A stretch of 50,226 bases of DNA, taken from positions 1 to 50,226 of the forward strand of contig JAWWBT010000002.1 of NCBI GenBank assembly GCA_033720815.1. Direction: 5' to 3'. The DNA is from Gammaproteobacteria bacterium. Its GTDB lineage: Bacteria; Pseudomonadota; Gammaproteobacteria; Natronospirales; JAJUFS01. Positions 1 through 10,999 of this stretch are shown in pieces. The stretch's first letter is position 1, and every line of letters starts with the position of its first letter. A program made the position numbers and the translations under genes. Under the pieces are notes generated by a model. The model saw only the letters and a list, made by a program, of their open reading frames with translations. It searched no databases and had not been told where the DNA came from.

Positions 1-186
1 AGGCAGGCTTTCCGCCTGCGCTGCGGCACGGCTTGACGATTCCTCGCGCAGGCCGACGACCACGTCGAAGCCGCCGTCGCGCAGGTTCAGCGCCTGTGCC
101 CTGCCCTGCGCACCGAAGCCGAGCACCGCAATACGGCGCCCTTCGAGTCCTGCCGGATCCAGATCATTGTTGTACAGCGTTGCCAT
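1..186 (-). CDS. ilvC: ketol-acid reductoisomerase, N-terminal 62 codons (gene continues beyond window start)
   Basis: Not in ORF track (open at window edge). Reverse complement of 186..1 reads [52 protein letters not shown], i.e. the GxGxQG Rossmann start and ALNLRDxGxDV motif of class I KARI. Confidence 0.8.
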   Translation of the reverse strand, partial: MATLYNNDLDPAGLEGRRIAVLGFGAQGRAQALNLRDGGFDVVVGLREESSSRAAAQAESLP

Positions 187-333
187 ATCTGCCTTGCCAG
201 GTGGTCGGGAAAGAGGCGCAAGCTACGCCCGGAGGCCGCGCTCTGCAAGCCTGCGGCCTGTACTGGCCTGCCCCCTGCGAATACAATGCCGCTGTTTGCC
301 ATCAAATTCATCTCGTTCGGGACACATTATCCA

Positions 334-2043
334 ATGCGCACCACGCAATTTCCGCTTTCGACCACCAAGGAAACGCCGGCCGACGCAGAGATCGTCAGCC
401 ACCAGTTGATGCTGCGCGCGGGCATGATCCGCAAGATCGCCGCGGGGCTGTACACCTGGATGCCGACGGGCGTGCGCGTACTGCGCAAGCTGGAAGCGAT
501 CGTGCGCGAGGAAATGAACCGTGCGGGCGCAGCAGAGATCCTGATGCCGACCGTGCAGCCGGCCGAGCTCTGGCAGGAATCCGGCCGCTGGGATTTCTAT
601 GGCCCCGAACTGCTCCGCCTGGTCGATCGCCATGGCCGTGATTTCTGCTACGCGCCGACGGCAGAAGAAGTGGTCACCGACATCGTTCGCCGCGAAATCC
701 AGAGCTACAAGCAGTTGCCGCTGACGCTGTACCAGGTACAGACGAAATTCCGTGACGAGATCCGCCCGCGCTTCGGCGTAAAGCGCGCCCGCGAGTTCGT
801 GATGAAGGATGCCTATTCCTTCCATCTCGACCAGGAGTCCCTGCAGCAGACCTACGACGCCATGCACGCGGCCTACTCGCGCGTCTTCGAGCGCGCTGGC
901 CTGGATTTCCGCCCGGTGCGTGCCGATACCGGCGCGATTGGTGGCAGCTTCTCGCACGAATTCCATGTCCTGGCCCAGTCGGGCGAGGATGCCATCGCGT
1001 TTTCCACCGACAGCGATTACGCCGCAAACGTCGAACTGGCAGAGGCACTGCCGCCGCAGGCTGAACGCCCGGCACCGGTCGCCGACATGGCGCGCCTGGA
1101 GACGCCGAAGGTTCGCACCATTGCCGAGCTCTGCGAATTTGCGCAGGTGAAACCGGAACAGACCGTGAAGACGCTGTTCGTCGAAGGTGCTGAAGGTGGC
1201 CTGGTCGCCCTCGTACTGCGTGGCGACCATGAACTGAACGAGCTGAAGGCCGAAAAGCTCGATGCCGTTGCCAGCCCGCTGAAATTCGCCACGCCGGAAG
1301 CGATTCGGGAACTTGTCGGCGCAGGCCCGGGATCCTGTGGCCCGGTCGGTGTCGAGTGCCCGGTGATCGTGGACCATTCCGCTGCAGCGCTCGCGGATTT
1401 CGTCACTGGCGCAAACGAGGACGACTGGCACCTCACCGGTGTGAACTGGGAGCGCGACGCGAAGATCGATGTCACCGCCGACATTCGCAACGTGGTCGAA
1501 GGTGATGCCAGCCCCGATGGCAAGGGCACGCTGAAAATCGTTCGCGGGATCGAGGTGGGCCACATCTTCCAGCTCGGCAGCAAGTATTCCGAAGCCATGG
1601 GCGCGACGGTGCTTGGCGAGGATGGCAGCAAGCAGGTAATGACCATGGGCTGCTACGGCATTGGTGTTACCCGCGTGGTTGCCGCCGCCATCGAACAGAA
1701 CCACGATGACGCCGGCATCATCTGGCCGGATGCGCTCGCACCCTTCCAGGTAGCGCTCTGCCCGATGAACCTGCAGAAATCCGACACCGTCCGCGAAGCG
1801 GTAGAGAAGCTCTACGAAGAACTCACCGCGGCCGGCATCGACGTGCTCCTGGATGACCGCAAGGTACGTCCGGGCGTGATGTTCGCGGACATGGAGCTCG
1901 TCGGCATTCCGCATCGCGTGGTGGTCGGTGACCGTGGCCTGAAGAACGGCACGGTGGAATACAAGCACCGCAAGGGTGGTGACGCAGAGGAAATCGCGCT
2001 GGATGACATCGTGCGCGTGTTGAAGGAGAAGCTTTCCGTATGA
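334..2043 (+). CDS. proS: proline--tRNA ligase (bacterial type with editing insertion)
   Basis: ORF 286..2043; [34 protein letters not shown] and class II motifs [30 protein letters not shown]; start trimmed to ATG 334 to match ProRS N-termini. Confidence 0.95.
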   Translation: MRTTQFPLSTTKETPADAEIVSHQLMLRAGMIRKIAAGLYTWMPTGVRVLRKLEAIVREEMNRAGAAEILMPTVQPAELWQESGRWDFYGPELLRLVDRHGRDFCYAPTAEEVVTDIVRREIQSYKQLPLTLYQVQTKFRDEIRPRFGVKRAREFVMKDAYSFHLDQESLQQTYDAMHAAYSRVFERAGLDFRPVRADTGAIGGSFSHEFHVLAQSGEDAIAFSTDSDYAANVELAEALPPQAERPAPVADMARLETPKVRTIAELCEFAQVKPEQTVKTLFVEGAEGGLVALVLRGDHELNELKAEKLDAVASPLKFATPEAIRELVGAGPGSCGPVGVECPVIVDHSAAALADFVTGANEDDWHLTGVNWERDAKIDVTADIRNVVEGDASPDGKGTLKIVRGIEVGHIFQLGSKYSEAMGATVLGEDGSKQVMTMGCYGIGVTRVVAAAIEQNHDDAGIIWPDALAPFQVALCPMNLQKSDTVREAVEKLYEELTAAGIDVLLDDRKVRPGVMFADMELVGIPHRVVVGDRGLKNGTVEYKHRKGGDAEEIALDDIVRVLKEKLSV

Positions 2044-2621
2044 TGCGGTTGGCGCTCATCGCCCTGTTGCTCGGCGGAATGGTTTCCGCCGTGGCGCATG
2101 CCGACCCGCAACGGGACCGCGAGGTTAACCCCGAACTGCGTGAACGACTGAAAGCGGCGATCGAATCCGCGGATTCCTTCGAGGATCGCTTCGAGGCCGA
2201 AGTGTGGCTGCTGGACATGTCCAACCGCCTCTCGCGCTTCATCGAGGACGCCGACCAGCGCCTGGAGCTACTGAAACTGGTGCATCGCGAGGCACGCCGT
2301 GTCGACCTGCCGCCGGAACTCCTTCTTGCCGTTATCGAGGTGGAAAGCGCCTTTGATCGCTGGGCGATTTCGCGTGCCGGCGCGCTTGGCCTGATGCAGG
2401 TAATGCCGTTCTGGCTCGACGAGATCGGTCATCCCGAAGACAACCTCCACGACCCACGCACCAACGTGCGCATGGGCGCAACCATCCTCAAGTATTACGT
2501 GGACATGGAAGACGGCGAGCTGCGTCCGGCGCTGGCCCGCTACAATGGCAGCTACGGTCGTCGCATTTATCCCGACAAGGTGTTCTCGGCACTGTCGGAA
2601 CGCTGGTACCGCTATTACTGA
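2040..2621 (+). CDS. lytic transglycosylase (SLT domain), secreted
   Basis: Signal peptide [21 protein letters not shown]; SLT catalytic block [30 protein letters not shown]; ATGA overlap with proS stop. Confidence 0.85.
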   Translation: MMRLALIALLLGGMVSAVAHADPQRDREVNPELRERLKAAIESADSFEDRFEAEVWLLDMSNRLSRFIEDADQRLELLKLVHREARRVDLPPELLLAVIEVESAFDRWAISRAGALGLMQVMPFWLDEIGHPEDNLHDPRTNVRMGATILKYYVDMEDGELRPALARYNGSYGRRIYPDKVFSALSERWYRYY

Positions 2622-2628
2622 TTATTCC

Positions 2629-2910
2629 CTAGCGCGTCACGAAACCTTCCGGCACGTCGACGTCAGCAATCGCAATATCCTCAACCTCGACATTCTCCAC
2701 TCGCGCCATGCGCGGTCCTTCGTGCAGCCAGGCCTGTAACTGGTCCAGCGCGGCAGCATCGCCGCAGGCGATGACCTCCACACGTCCGTCATCCAGGTTC
2801 ACCGCCTTTCCACGAAGGCCAAGGGGCCGCGCCTCGCGCTGGGTGGAGGCCCGGAAGAACACGCCCTGTACGCGACCACTGACGAGGAAACGCTTGCAGC
2901 TTTCGCTCAT
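2629..2910 (-). CDS. acyP: acylphosphatase
   Basis: [18 protein letters not shown]...[17 protein letters not shown] acylphosphatase signatures; start trimmed to ATG at 2910, preceded by GGAGGAAGGGA SD. Confidence 0.85.
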   Translation of the reverse strand: MSESCKRFLVSGRVQGVFFRASTQREARPLGLRGKAVNLDDGRVEVIACGDAAALDQLQAWLHEGPRMARVENVEVEDIAIADVDVPEGFVTR

Positions 2911-2966
2911 TCCCTTCCTCCCTGTTGAATGAATTCCAGTGATTCGATTCTGCCAGAGGCAGGCAT

Positions 2967-2997
2967 AAAAAAACCCCCGCATGACGCGGGGGTTTTC
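2967..2997 (-). terminator. rho-independent terminator after the LysM lipoprotein gene (hairpin flanked by A7 and T4, so potentially bidirectional)
   Basis: aaaaaaa-CCCCCGC-atgac-GCGGGGG-tttt; on the minus strand the 7-bp GC stem is followed by T7. Confidence 0.8.
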
Positions 2998-3016
2998 AAT
3001 CAGGCGCGAACCGGAA

Positions 3017-3619
3017 TTACTGGTTCAGGTAATCCTGGTCGGACGCTTCGACCTCACCGATCGACCATGCACCGCGGGTGCGGGCGTGCTCGACGGCAGC
3101 GTTCTTCTCGGAAGCGGTCGGGTTCTTGTTGATATCGAACTCCTGGCCCGGGTAGATCAGGTCAGCGTCCTTGATCTTGTCCGAGTTGTTCTTGTAGATC
3201 AGCGGCCACTGGTAGCTGTTGCCGTAGACTTCGCTCTTGCCGGCGATGCCCCAGAGGCTGTCACCCTGCGAAACCATGTAGGTCATGGAAGCAGCTTCCA
3301 GCTCCGACACCAGCGAGCTGAGCAGGTCGCGTGCACGGCAGCCTTCGTTGTTTTCCATTGCCGCCTTGGCCGCGTCGAGCTGACCCTGCTGGTCGCTGTT
3401 CAGGCCGGTGTAGCTGTTGACTTCTTCAAGCAGCACGTTGGCGCGATCCAGGCAGGCCTGGTTTTCGCGAGCAGCGGCTTCAGCAGCTTCCTTCGCCTTC
3501 TGGGCTTCCAGTTCGGCGGCGGTCGGGCCTTCTTCTTCAGCCGGCTGGCTGGCGCAACCGGCGGCGACGCCGAGCGACAGCAGAAGAAGGAAGATGGACT
3601 TCATTGCAATCTTGTTCAT
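3017..3619 (-). CDS. LysM domain lipoprotein
   Basis: Lipobox LSLGVAAGC; Ala/Glu-rich linker; C-terminal Lys[51 protein letters not shown]. Confidence 0.8.
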   Translation of the reverse strand: MNKIAMKSIFLLLLSLGVAAGCASQPAEEEGPTAAELEAQKAKEAAEAAARENQACLDRANVLLEEVNSYTGLNSDQQGQLDAAKAAMENNEGCRARDLLSSLVSELEAASMTYMVSQGDSLWGIAGKSEVYGNSYQWPLIYKNNSDKIKDADLIYPGQEFDINKNPTASEKNAAVEHARTRGAWSIGEVEASDQDYLNQ

Positions 3620-3849
3620 GATTCGTTACTCCGCCCTGAACTTGTTGTTTTGAAAGGTGAAATCGGAACGAGAAATTACTCGCGCACTGCGAAAAACGTT
3701 AGCACCGGTTTTTGCAGGGTGTCAAGCAACTGTCTCGTCAAATATACACGTTAACTTGCCGCCGTAGCAGGATTTTTTCAGTCCTGAAGACGGCTGTGTA
3801 CAATACTCGTCCGCACCCGAGTCTACCCGTCAAATCAAGGGAAACACTG

Positions 3850-4801
<952 letters not shown>

Positions 4802-4819
4802 TCGAACCCCGGAGAGAAA

Positions 4820-5149
4820 ATGCTGCCGAGAATGAACGCAGTTGCAGCAGCACTCATGGTGCTGCTTTACGTCGCGTGGTGGATCGACGCCGAGATGCCA
4901 CGTCTCGGCCTGGTGATGCTTGGCGCGGCCGTGCTGCCTTTGCTGCTCACCCTACCCGCCCTGTGGCAGGCACGACGTATCGGCACGACCGTCGCAGGGT
5001 TTGTCGTTGCCTTCCACCTCGCCTACGCAATGATGGAACTCTTTGCGAACCCGGAAGTGCGTGGCTGGGTCGCGGCGCAGACATTCCTTGCGTTGCTGCT
5101 TTTCACGGGAACGATGGTGGTATTGCGCTCGGGTAGCGCAAAGGGCTGA
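4820..5149 (+). CDS. DUF2069-like small membrane protein
   Basis: 109 aa, 3-4 hydrophobic helices, in the conserved position after wrbA; family assignment from memory of this synteny. Confidence 0.65.
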   Translation: MLPRMNAVAAALMVLLYVAWWIDAEMPRLGLVMLGAAVLPLLLTLPALWQARRIGTTVAGFVVAFHLAYAMMELFANPEVRGWVAAQTFLALLLFTGTMVVLRSGSAKG

Positions 5150-5163
5150 ACGTTGCCGCAACG

Positions 5164-5856
5164 CTAGTCCGCGAGCACCTCGCGGATGAAGGGAATCGTC
5201 AGCCGTCGCTGTGCGGCGAGGGAAGCATGGTCGAGACGGTCCAGCACGCCAGCGAGGAAGTGCATGTCGCGCGAGTGACGCAACAATAACCACTGCGCCG
5301 TTTCGGTTGGCAGCTCCATCCCGCGAGCTGCCGCCTTCTTCTGCAGGGCTTCGAGGCGCCCTTCGTCGTCAAGGCCTTTCCACTGGTAGACCAGCATGCT
5401 GCCAAGCCGTGACCGCAGGTCTGGCAACAGCATGTCCAGCCCGCCGGGCGCGGAGCGCGCGCTGACCACCAGGTTGCCACCGGCATCACGTACTGCGTTG
5501 AACAGGTTGAATACGGCTCGTTCCCAGTCCACGTCATGCGCAATCGCGTCAATGTCATCGAGTGCGATGACATCGAGGTTATCCAGGCCTTCCAGCATTT
5601 CCGGTTGCCAGGAATCACGCTCACGCATTGGCAGCAATGCCGCGTGCTGGTCGTGCACCGAGGCATCGCGCACCAGCGCCTGCAACAGGTGGGAACGGCC
5701 CGAGCCTTCGCTGCCCCATAAATAGACCAGCTGGCCACTGCCTTCGAGTGCCGCGCGCACGGCGGCAAGCGCCTCGTCATTGGGCGCTGCGACCAGCGTG
5801 GCAAAAGTGAGATCCGACCCCAGCGTCATGCCGAGGGGAAGTTGCTGCGCCATCAT
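5164..5856 (-). CDS. hda: DnaA regulatory inactivator Hda
   Basis: MAQQLPLGMTLGSDLTFATLV...LVYLWGSEGSGRSHLLQA (degenerate Walker A as in Hda); start trimmed to Met-Met at 5856/5853. Confidence 0.9.
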   Translation of the reverse strand: MMAQQLPLGMTLGSDLTFATLVAAPNDEALAAVRAALEGSGQLVYLWGSEGSGRSHLLQALVRDASVHDQHAALLPMRERDSWQPEMLEGLDNLDVIALDDIDAIAHDVDWERAVFNLFNAVRDAGGNLVVSARSAPGGLDMLLPDLRSRLGSMLVYQWKGLDDEGRLEALQKKAAARGMELPTETAQWLLLRHSRDMHFLAGVLDRLDHASLAAQRRLTIPFIREVLAD

Positions 5857-5875
5857 TCTTCCAACGACCGCGCCG

Positions 5876-7039
5876 TCAAAGGCGGTAGCGGTAGACCAGC
5901 GCAGCCGGCTGGGAGAAATCCATGCCTTCCATGCTGGCGATATCGCCGAGCGAAATCGTCGCAGTGGACGTTTCCCGCAACGGTTCGAGCATCCGGCCCA
6001 GGGCGATTGCCTTTTCGAGCGCTTCACGGCTTCCCCGCAGGTTCACCGAAAGGTGGATGCGATCACTGGCGACACGTGTTACCTGGACTGACTCCACGGC
6101 ACTGAGGCCGCCGATGTAGTCGACCACGGTGGCGTAGCCGTCGAGGCTGGAGAGGTCTCGAATCTCCATGTCGACAGTGTTCCCGGCAAGACTGAAGCCC
6201 CCACCATTCGCGGCCACCGCAAATTCGCGGGCATAGGTTTCTGCCAGCGTATCGACCAGCGCAGAAACGGCCGATTCCAGCGTTTTACCCTGGAGTTCCC
6301 AGCGCTGGCTGGTTTCTCCCTCACGCAGCAATGTGCCACGCAGGGCCCAGCTCGAATTGTTCGCCGGCCAGGCACTGACAACGAGCGTGGCATTCGGATC
6401 GTATCGATCTGCCGCAGCAAGCAGCGGCTCCTCGAAGACTCCCCAGATATCCATCACCGCAATACGACCGCTGTCCTCGCCATCCATTGCGGGCAGCATG
6501 AGCGGGACGCCACGGCGCTGTCCGGCCTGTTCCCAGGCCTGAGCGAGGCCGTGATCCCGACCAATGACGTTGCGACCGGCACGCGGATCATCAACCGCCA
6601 TCAACACCAGCGTTCGCGGCCGTTCGCGGCCCCACACGGGCAAACCGTAGCTCCGCAGGCGACGTTCGAGTGCGTCGACGTCGAAGGTGGCATGGAGCAC
6701 CAGTTGCCGGGTTTCGACGGGCTCGACACGAAGGCCGGAGGCCGCTTCCGGTGTGGCCAGGACGGTGCGATTCTCGTAGCGGAAGCGCTGCACGTACCGC
6801 GCAGGACTGCGGAGCAGCTCGTCCGAGGCACTGCTCTCGAGCACCTCGGCGCTGCCTGACAGCCGCACCAGGATTTCGCCCAGCGCGGTTTCCATTGCTG
6901 CCTGGCGTTCACTGGTGGACTGGTCTTCCACCGGCACCGTGACCTCGGCGAGACCCGCCAGGCTGGCGGCATGCAAGGGCAATGCCGTGGCCAGGCTGGC
7001 CAACAGCAACGACATGAAGGCGCGACGGGTTGCGCTCAC
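5876..7039 (-). CDS. DUF2066-like secreted protein
   Basis: Signal peptide RRAFMSLLLASLATALPLHAAS; sits between hda and purM where DUF2066 genes are conserved; GTG 7039 preceded by GGAGGA SD (ORF track extends to 7108). Confidence 0.65.
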   Translation of the reverse strand: MSATRRAFMSLLLASLATALPLHAASLAGLAEVTVPVEDQSTSERQAAMETALGEILVRLSGSAEVLESSASDELLRSPARYVQRFRYENRTVLATPEAASGLRVEPVETRQLVLHATFDVDALERRLRSYGLPVWGRERPRTLVLMAVDDPRAGRNVIGRDHGLAQAWEQAGQRRGVPLMLPAMDGEDSGRIAVMDIWGVFEEPLLAAADRYDPNATLVVSAWPANNSSWALRGTLLREGETSQRWELQGKTLESAVSALVDTLAETYAREFAVAANGGGFSLAGNTVDMEIRDLSSLDGYATVVDYIGGLSAVESVQVTRVASDRIHLSVNLRGSREALEKAIALGRMLEPLRETSTATISLGDIASMEGMDFSQPAALVYRYRL

Positions 7040-7238
7040 GCGGCATCCTCCGGAGATTTCAAAACTGCAAGATTGATGTTCGACAGTGGATTTCCAGCGA
7101 GGAATCACCTGGATTTCCCGTCGCTGGCAATCGCCGCCGCCGAAGCGGTCATGTACAATATCACAGCTCAGGCGGCCGGGGTCTGCAGCGCTTTCACACC
7201 CCGGCGCATTCCCGAACCAACCTGGTCAACGGACTGTC

Positions 7239-8264
7239 ATGACGGACAAGCCTTCCCTTACGTATCGCGATGCCGGTGTCGATATCGACGCGGGCGAATC
7301 CCTGGTCGAACGCATCAAGCCGGCCGCAAAGAGCACCGCACGCCCCGGCGTGATGAGCGGCCTTGGCGGTTTTGGCGCGCTGTTCGAAATCCCCACCGGT
7401 TACAAGGAGCCCGTGCTGGTGTCTGGCACCGATGGTGTTGGCACCAAGCTGCGCCTGGCGATCGATACCGGCCAGCATGGCGGTGTCGGCATCGACCTGG
7501 TCGCCATGTGCGTCAATGACGTCATCGTGCAGGGCGCCGAGCCGCTGTTCTTCCTTGACTACTACGCCACGGGCCATCTCGACGTGGATGTCGCCGCGAC
7601 GGTGGTTGAAGGCATTGCAGAAGGCTGCCGCCAGGCTGGCGCTGCGCTGATTGGCGGTGAAACGGCGGAATTGCCGGGCATGTATTCCGGCGACGATTAC
7701 GACCTTGCCGGCTTTACCGTGGGTATCGTCGAGAAATCGAAGATGCTCGATGGCAGCAAGGTTGCCGAAGGCGACGCGGTCATCGGCCTCGCCTCTTCCG
7801 GTCCGCACTCGAACGGCTATTCGCTGGTGCGCAAGGTCATCGAAGTCAGTGGCGCGAAACTCGACGACGACATTGACGGCAAGCCGCTCATCGAGCGCGT
7901 CATGGCACCGACCCGGATTTACGTGAAGCCGTTGCTGGAACTGATGAAGACAATCGATGTGCACGGTCTCGCGCACATCACCGGCGGTGGCCTGCTGGAA
8001 AACATTCCGCGCGTGCTGCCGGAAGGTCATGGCGTCGAACTCGACAGTGCCGCGTGGCAGCGGCCGGTGATCTTCGACTGGCTGCAGGAAAACGGCAATA
8101 TTGCCGACCGCGAAATGCACCGCACCTTCAACTGCGGCATCGGCATGACGGTGATGGTCTCGGCCGCTGATGCGGACAAGGCTGTCGAACAGCTGCGCGC
8201 CGCCGGCGAAGAAGCGAACATCATCGGTCGCGTCGTCAAGGGCGACGGCGTCACGATCAGCTGA
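7239..8264 (+). CDS. purM: phosphoribosylformylglycinamidine cyclo-ligase (AIR synthetase)
   Basis: [27 protein letters not shown]...GGFGALFE...DGVGTKL typical PurM; start trimmed to ATG 7239. Confidence 0.97.
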   Translation: MTDKPSLTYRDAGVDIDAGESLVERIKPAAKSTARPGVMSGLGGFGALFEIPTGYKEPVLVSGTDGVGTKLRLAIDTGQHGGVGIDLVAMCVNDVIVQGAEPLFFLDYYATGHLDVDVAATVVEGIAEGCRQAGAALIGGETAELPGMYSGDDYDLAGFTVGIVEKSKMLDGSKVAEGDAVIGLASSGPHSNGYSLVRKVIEVSGAKLDDDIDGKPLIERVMAPTRIYVKPLLELMKTIDVHGLAHITGGGLLENIPRVLPEGHGVELDSAAWQRPVIFDWLQENGNIADREMHRTFNCGIGMTVMVSAADADKAVEQLRAAGEEANIIGRVVKGDGVTIS

Positions 8265-8941
8265 TGCAGGGCGAGGTTTCTGCGCAGGACCGCTTGCCGG
8301 TGGTCGTGCTGATTTCCGGCAACGGTTCGAATCTCCAGGCACTCATCGACGCCACCACGAGCGGCGCGTTGCCGATCGACATCCGCGCGGTGATCTCCAA
8401 TCGTCGCAAGGCCTTTGGCCTGGAGCGCGCACAGCGCGCCGGGATCCATACCGAGGTACTGCTGCCGAAGGATTTCGATGCGCGCGAAGATTACGATGCC
8501 GCGCTGATGCGGCGCATTGACGCGCATGCACCTGGCCTGCTCGTACTGGCTGGCTTCATGCGCATCCTGTCTGCCGAATTCGTGCAGCATTTTGCCGGCC
8601 GAATCCTCAATATCCACCCCTCCCTGCTCCCGAAATACCGCGGGCTGAACCCGCACCGCCAGGTGCTGGAAGCGGGCGATGCCATTCATGGAGCAAGTGT
8701 GCATTTTGTCACCGAGGAGCTAGACGGTGGACCGGTCATCGTGCAAGGTGAAGTACCGGTGCACGATGACGACACCGAGGATACGCTCGCGGCCCGCGTC
8801 CAGGCTGTCGAGCACGTGATCTACCCGCAGGCAGTGCGCCTGTTCGCCGAAGGCCGAATCCAAATGACACCCGGGGGTGTCGTGCTGGACAAGCAGCCAT
8901 TGGCGAAACCCCTGCCAGCGGAAAGCGTCGCGCATCGCTGA
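8264..8941 (+). CDS. purN: phosphoribosylglycinamide formyltransferase
   Basis: VVVLISGNGSNLQALIDA...LVLAGFMRIL...NIHPSLLPKYRGLNPH...HGASVHFVTEELDGGPVI; ATGA overlap with purM stop. Confidence 0.95.
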   Translation: MQGEVSAQDRLPVVVLISGNGSNLQALIDATTSGALPIDIRAVISNRRKAFGLERAQRAGIHTEVLLPKDFDAREDYDAALMRRIDAHAPGLLVLAGFMRILSAEFVQHFAGRILNIHPSLLPKYRGLNPHRQVLEAGDAIHGASVHFVTEELDGGPVIVQGEVPVHDDDTEDTLAARVQAVEHVIYPQAVRLFAEGRIQMTPGGVVLDKQPLAKPLPAESVAHR

Positions 8942-8981
8942 ACCTTCCTCGATGTCTCGCGCAAACTCACGGAGACTGTGC

Positions 8982-9701
8982 ATGCGTTATTTCCTGAGCC
9001 TCATCCTCTTGCTGCCCGTTGCCGCCACGGCAGGCGACTCGCCATTTTTCCGCGAGTTCGAGGCCTTCTATGAAATGGAACGTGGCAAGTACGAGGTCGC
9101 CGAAGTACGGATGGCGCTGCGCCGAACGCAGGATGGCATCTATCGCTTCACCTCGCATTCCGAAACCGTCGGCATGCTGTCCTGGTTCGTGGACGACGAG
9201 ATCACGGAAACCAGCATCTTCCGTTACGGCGACGAGGGTTTCCGCCCGGTCTCCTACGAATACCGTCACAAGGGCTCGGACAAGAACCGTGACGAATCCA
9301 TCACCTACGACTGGACAACGAACACTGCGGAACTTGATTACCGGGGCAACGTCTCGACGGCAGAACTCACGCCTGGCACCGTTGATCGATTCCTTTTGCA
9401 GCTGGCAGCTGCAAAAGGCCTGGAAGAAGGCATCATGCAACAGCGCCACCGCGTACTCGATAACGGCAGGGTAAAGTTTTTCGACCTGAAGGGAAGCAAG
9501 CCCGAAACGGTCAAGGTGGCGGCGGGCACTTTCAAGACCCGGGTGATCAGTCGCGCAGACGCGGACGACGACAAGCGCATCACCTTCTGGTTTGCGCCGG
9601 AACTCGGATACGTTCCGGTTCGCGTCGAGCAGGTCAAGAAGAACGAGGAACCGTTACGCCTGAACCTGAAGCGCATCGAGTTTCCGACCGAGCGCAAATG
9701 A
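8982..9701 (+). CDS. DUF3108-like secreted protein
   Basis: Signal peptide MRYFLSLILLLPVAATAG; conserved position after purN; start trimmed from ORF 8877. Confidence 0.65.
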   Translation: MRYFLSLILLLPVAATAGDSPFFREFEAFYEMERGKYEVAEVRMALRRTQDGIYRFTSHSETVGMLSWFVDDEITETSIFRYGDEGFRPVSYEYRHKGSDKNRDESITYDWTTNTAELDYRGNVSTAELTPGTVDRFLLQLAAAKGLEEGIMQQRHRVLDNGRVKFFDLKGSKPETVKVAAGTFKTRVISRADADDDKRITFWFAPELGYVPVRVEQVKKNEEPLRLNLKRIEFPTERK

Positions 9702-9726
9702 AAAACGGCCGCCATTGAGGCGGCCG
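9701..9726 (-). terminator. rho-independent terminator after dcd, between convergent genes
   Basis: aaaaa-CGGCCGCC-attga-GGCGGCCG; on the minus strand the 8-bp GC stem is followed by T5. Confidence 0.7.
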
Positions 9727-9752
9727 CTGGCATGACACTCCTGCCGCAGGTA

Positions 9753-10319
9753 TCAGGTCGCCGGTAGCGTCACTCCGCGCTGGCCCTGGTACTTGCCTCC
9801 GCGATCCTTGTACGACGTATCGCAAACCTCATCCGATTCGAAGAACAGCATCTGCGCCACACCTTCGTTGGCGTAGATCTTCGCCGGCAACGGCGTGGTG
9901 TTCGAGAACTCCAGCGTCACGTGACCTTCCCATTCCGGTTCAAGCGGCGTCACGTTGACGATGATGCCGCAGCGCGCGTAGGTCGACTTGCCCAGGCAGA
10001 CCGTCAGCACGTTGCGCGGGATTCGGAAGTATTCCACGGTGCGGGCCAGCGCGAAGGAATTGGGCGGGATGATGCAGACGTCGCCCTTGAAGTCGACGAA
10101 GGAATTCGCATCGAAATTCTTCGGGTCGACAACGGCCGAATTTATGTTGGTGAAGATCTTGAACTCGTCGGCGCAGCGCACATCGTAGCCATAGCTCGAC
10201 GTACCGTAGGAAACGATCCTGCCGCCCTCGTTCTCGCGCACCTGGCCCGGCTCGAACGGCTCGATCATGCCGTCACTGTCGGCCATGCGGCGAATCCACT
10301 TGTCACTCTTGATGCTCAT
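9753..10319 (-). CDS. dcd: dCTP deaminase
   Basis: [13 protein letters not shown]...[11 protein letters not shown]...[23 protein letters not shown] full-length Dcd pattern. Confidence 0.97.
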   Translation of the reverse strand: MSIKSDKWIRRMADSDGMIEPFEPGQVRENEGGRIVSYGTSSYGYDVRCADEFKIFTNINSAVVDPKNFDANSFVDFKGDVCIIPPNSFALARTVEYFRIPRNVLTVCLGKSTYARCGIIVNVTPLEPEWEGHVTLEFSNTTPLPAKIYANEGVAQMLFFESDEVCDTSYKDRGGKYQGQRGVTLPAT

Positions 10320-10336
10320 TCCTGCTTTCCTTCAAA

Positions 10337-10981
10337 TCATTCCTGCATTGAAATTGGCAAAGTACGGAATTCCAGGCTTTCGACCACGTGTCGAGCCGCC
10401 TTCGGCCAGTCATCCGGATCGCGCTCGGAATCAACCGCATCGAAACGATGCGAGTACCCGACCATAGCCACGATGGCAGAATTCCCCGGATGCTGACAGG
10501 CAATGCCGTAAATCCGGAATTCCATTGGCTCGGTACTACCACTCTGACGCCTTGGCCGGGTATCACGCGAAAACTGCGTATACCGCACACATGCCACGCC
10601 GTGCGCCTCGTCGCTGTACGCTGCGTAGCGATTGAGCTGGTCCTTGTACCGCGCATGCTCGCCGGCGGAGTCCTGGCCACCCACCAGGTGGGATTTCAGC
10701 TCACCCGGCGAAAGCCCCGGCGGCACTTCGAACACCGTGAGGTGAACGGCGAAACTCTCATCCTTTCCATCCCCGCTGCGCATGGCTGCTTTCTCGTAAG
10801 GGTTTTCGGACGGATAGGCATACCAGACTGAATCTTGCGGCAGCGAAACAGTGCTACCGACATTTTCAAGACGCTTGACGGTCGATAAAGAATCAACAGC
10901 CTGCCGCTGTCCAGCGGCACAGCCAGCGATACCCGAGAGCATCATTACAAGAACGAGACTTCGTAATACCACCATCCTCAA
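10337..10981 (-). CDS. hypothetical lipoprotein
   Basis: Lipobox MLSGIAGC; no family recognised; plausible coding composition. Confidence 0.55.
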   Translation of the reverse strand: MRMVVLRSLVLVMMLSGIAGCAAGQRQAVDSLSTVKRLENVGSTVSLPQDSVWYAYPSENPYEKAAMRSGDGKDESFAVHLTVFEVPPGLSPGELKSHLVGGQDSAGEHARYKDQLNRYAAYSDEAHGVACVRYTQFSRDTRPRRQSGSTEPMEFRIYGIACQHPGNSAIVAMVGYSHRFDAVDSERDPDDWPKAARHVVESLEFRTLPISMQE

Positions 10982-10999
10982 CCCCCTGTTTCGGCATAC

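Noticed and set aside
223-1968. 581-aa ORF antisense to proS. The same class includes 7194-8342(-), 12877-13881(-), 15861-16925(-), 20682-21947(+), 25321-26202(-), 34603-36081(+), 39053-40339(-), 40588-41733(-), 46680-47969(+) and 48064-49119(-).
   Set aside because: Each lies fully opposite a gene with unmistakable homology. Each has Arg/Ala/Gly/His-rich composition with no recognisable motifs. Long stop-free antisense frames are expected in GC-rich DNA, so these are shadow ORFs, not genes.
5150-5163. Short imperfect palindrome (aacgttgccgcaacgct) between the convergent DUF2069 and hda genes, considered as a terminator.
   Set aside because: The arms would leave a loop of only 1 nt and there is no U-tract, so it is not a credible intrinsic terminator.
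8877-8981. ORF-track 5-prime extensions overlapping upstream genes. This is the example for the DUF3108 gene. The same applies to 11000-12271, 16748-18211, 28784-29806, 40213-41436 and 41889-43268.
   Set aside because: The extensions overlap well-supported upstream genes in another frame. They lack homology and precede obvious native N-termini (signal peptides or conserved first residues), so the internal starts were used.
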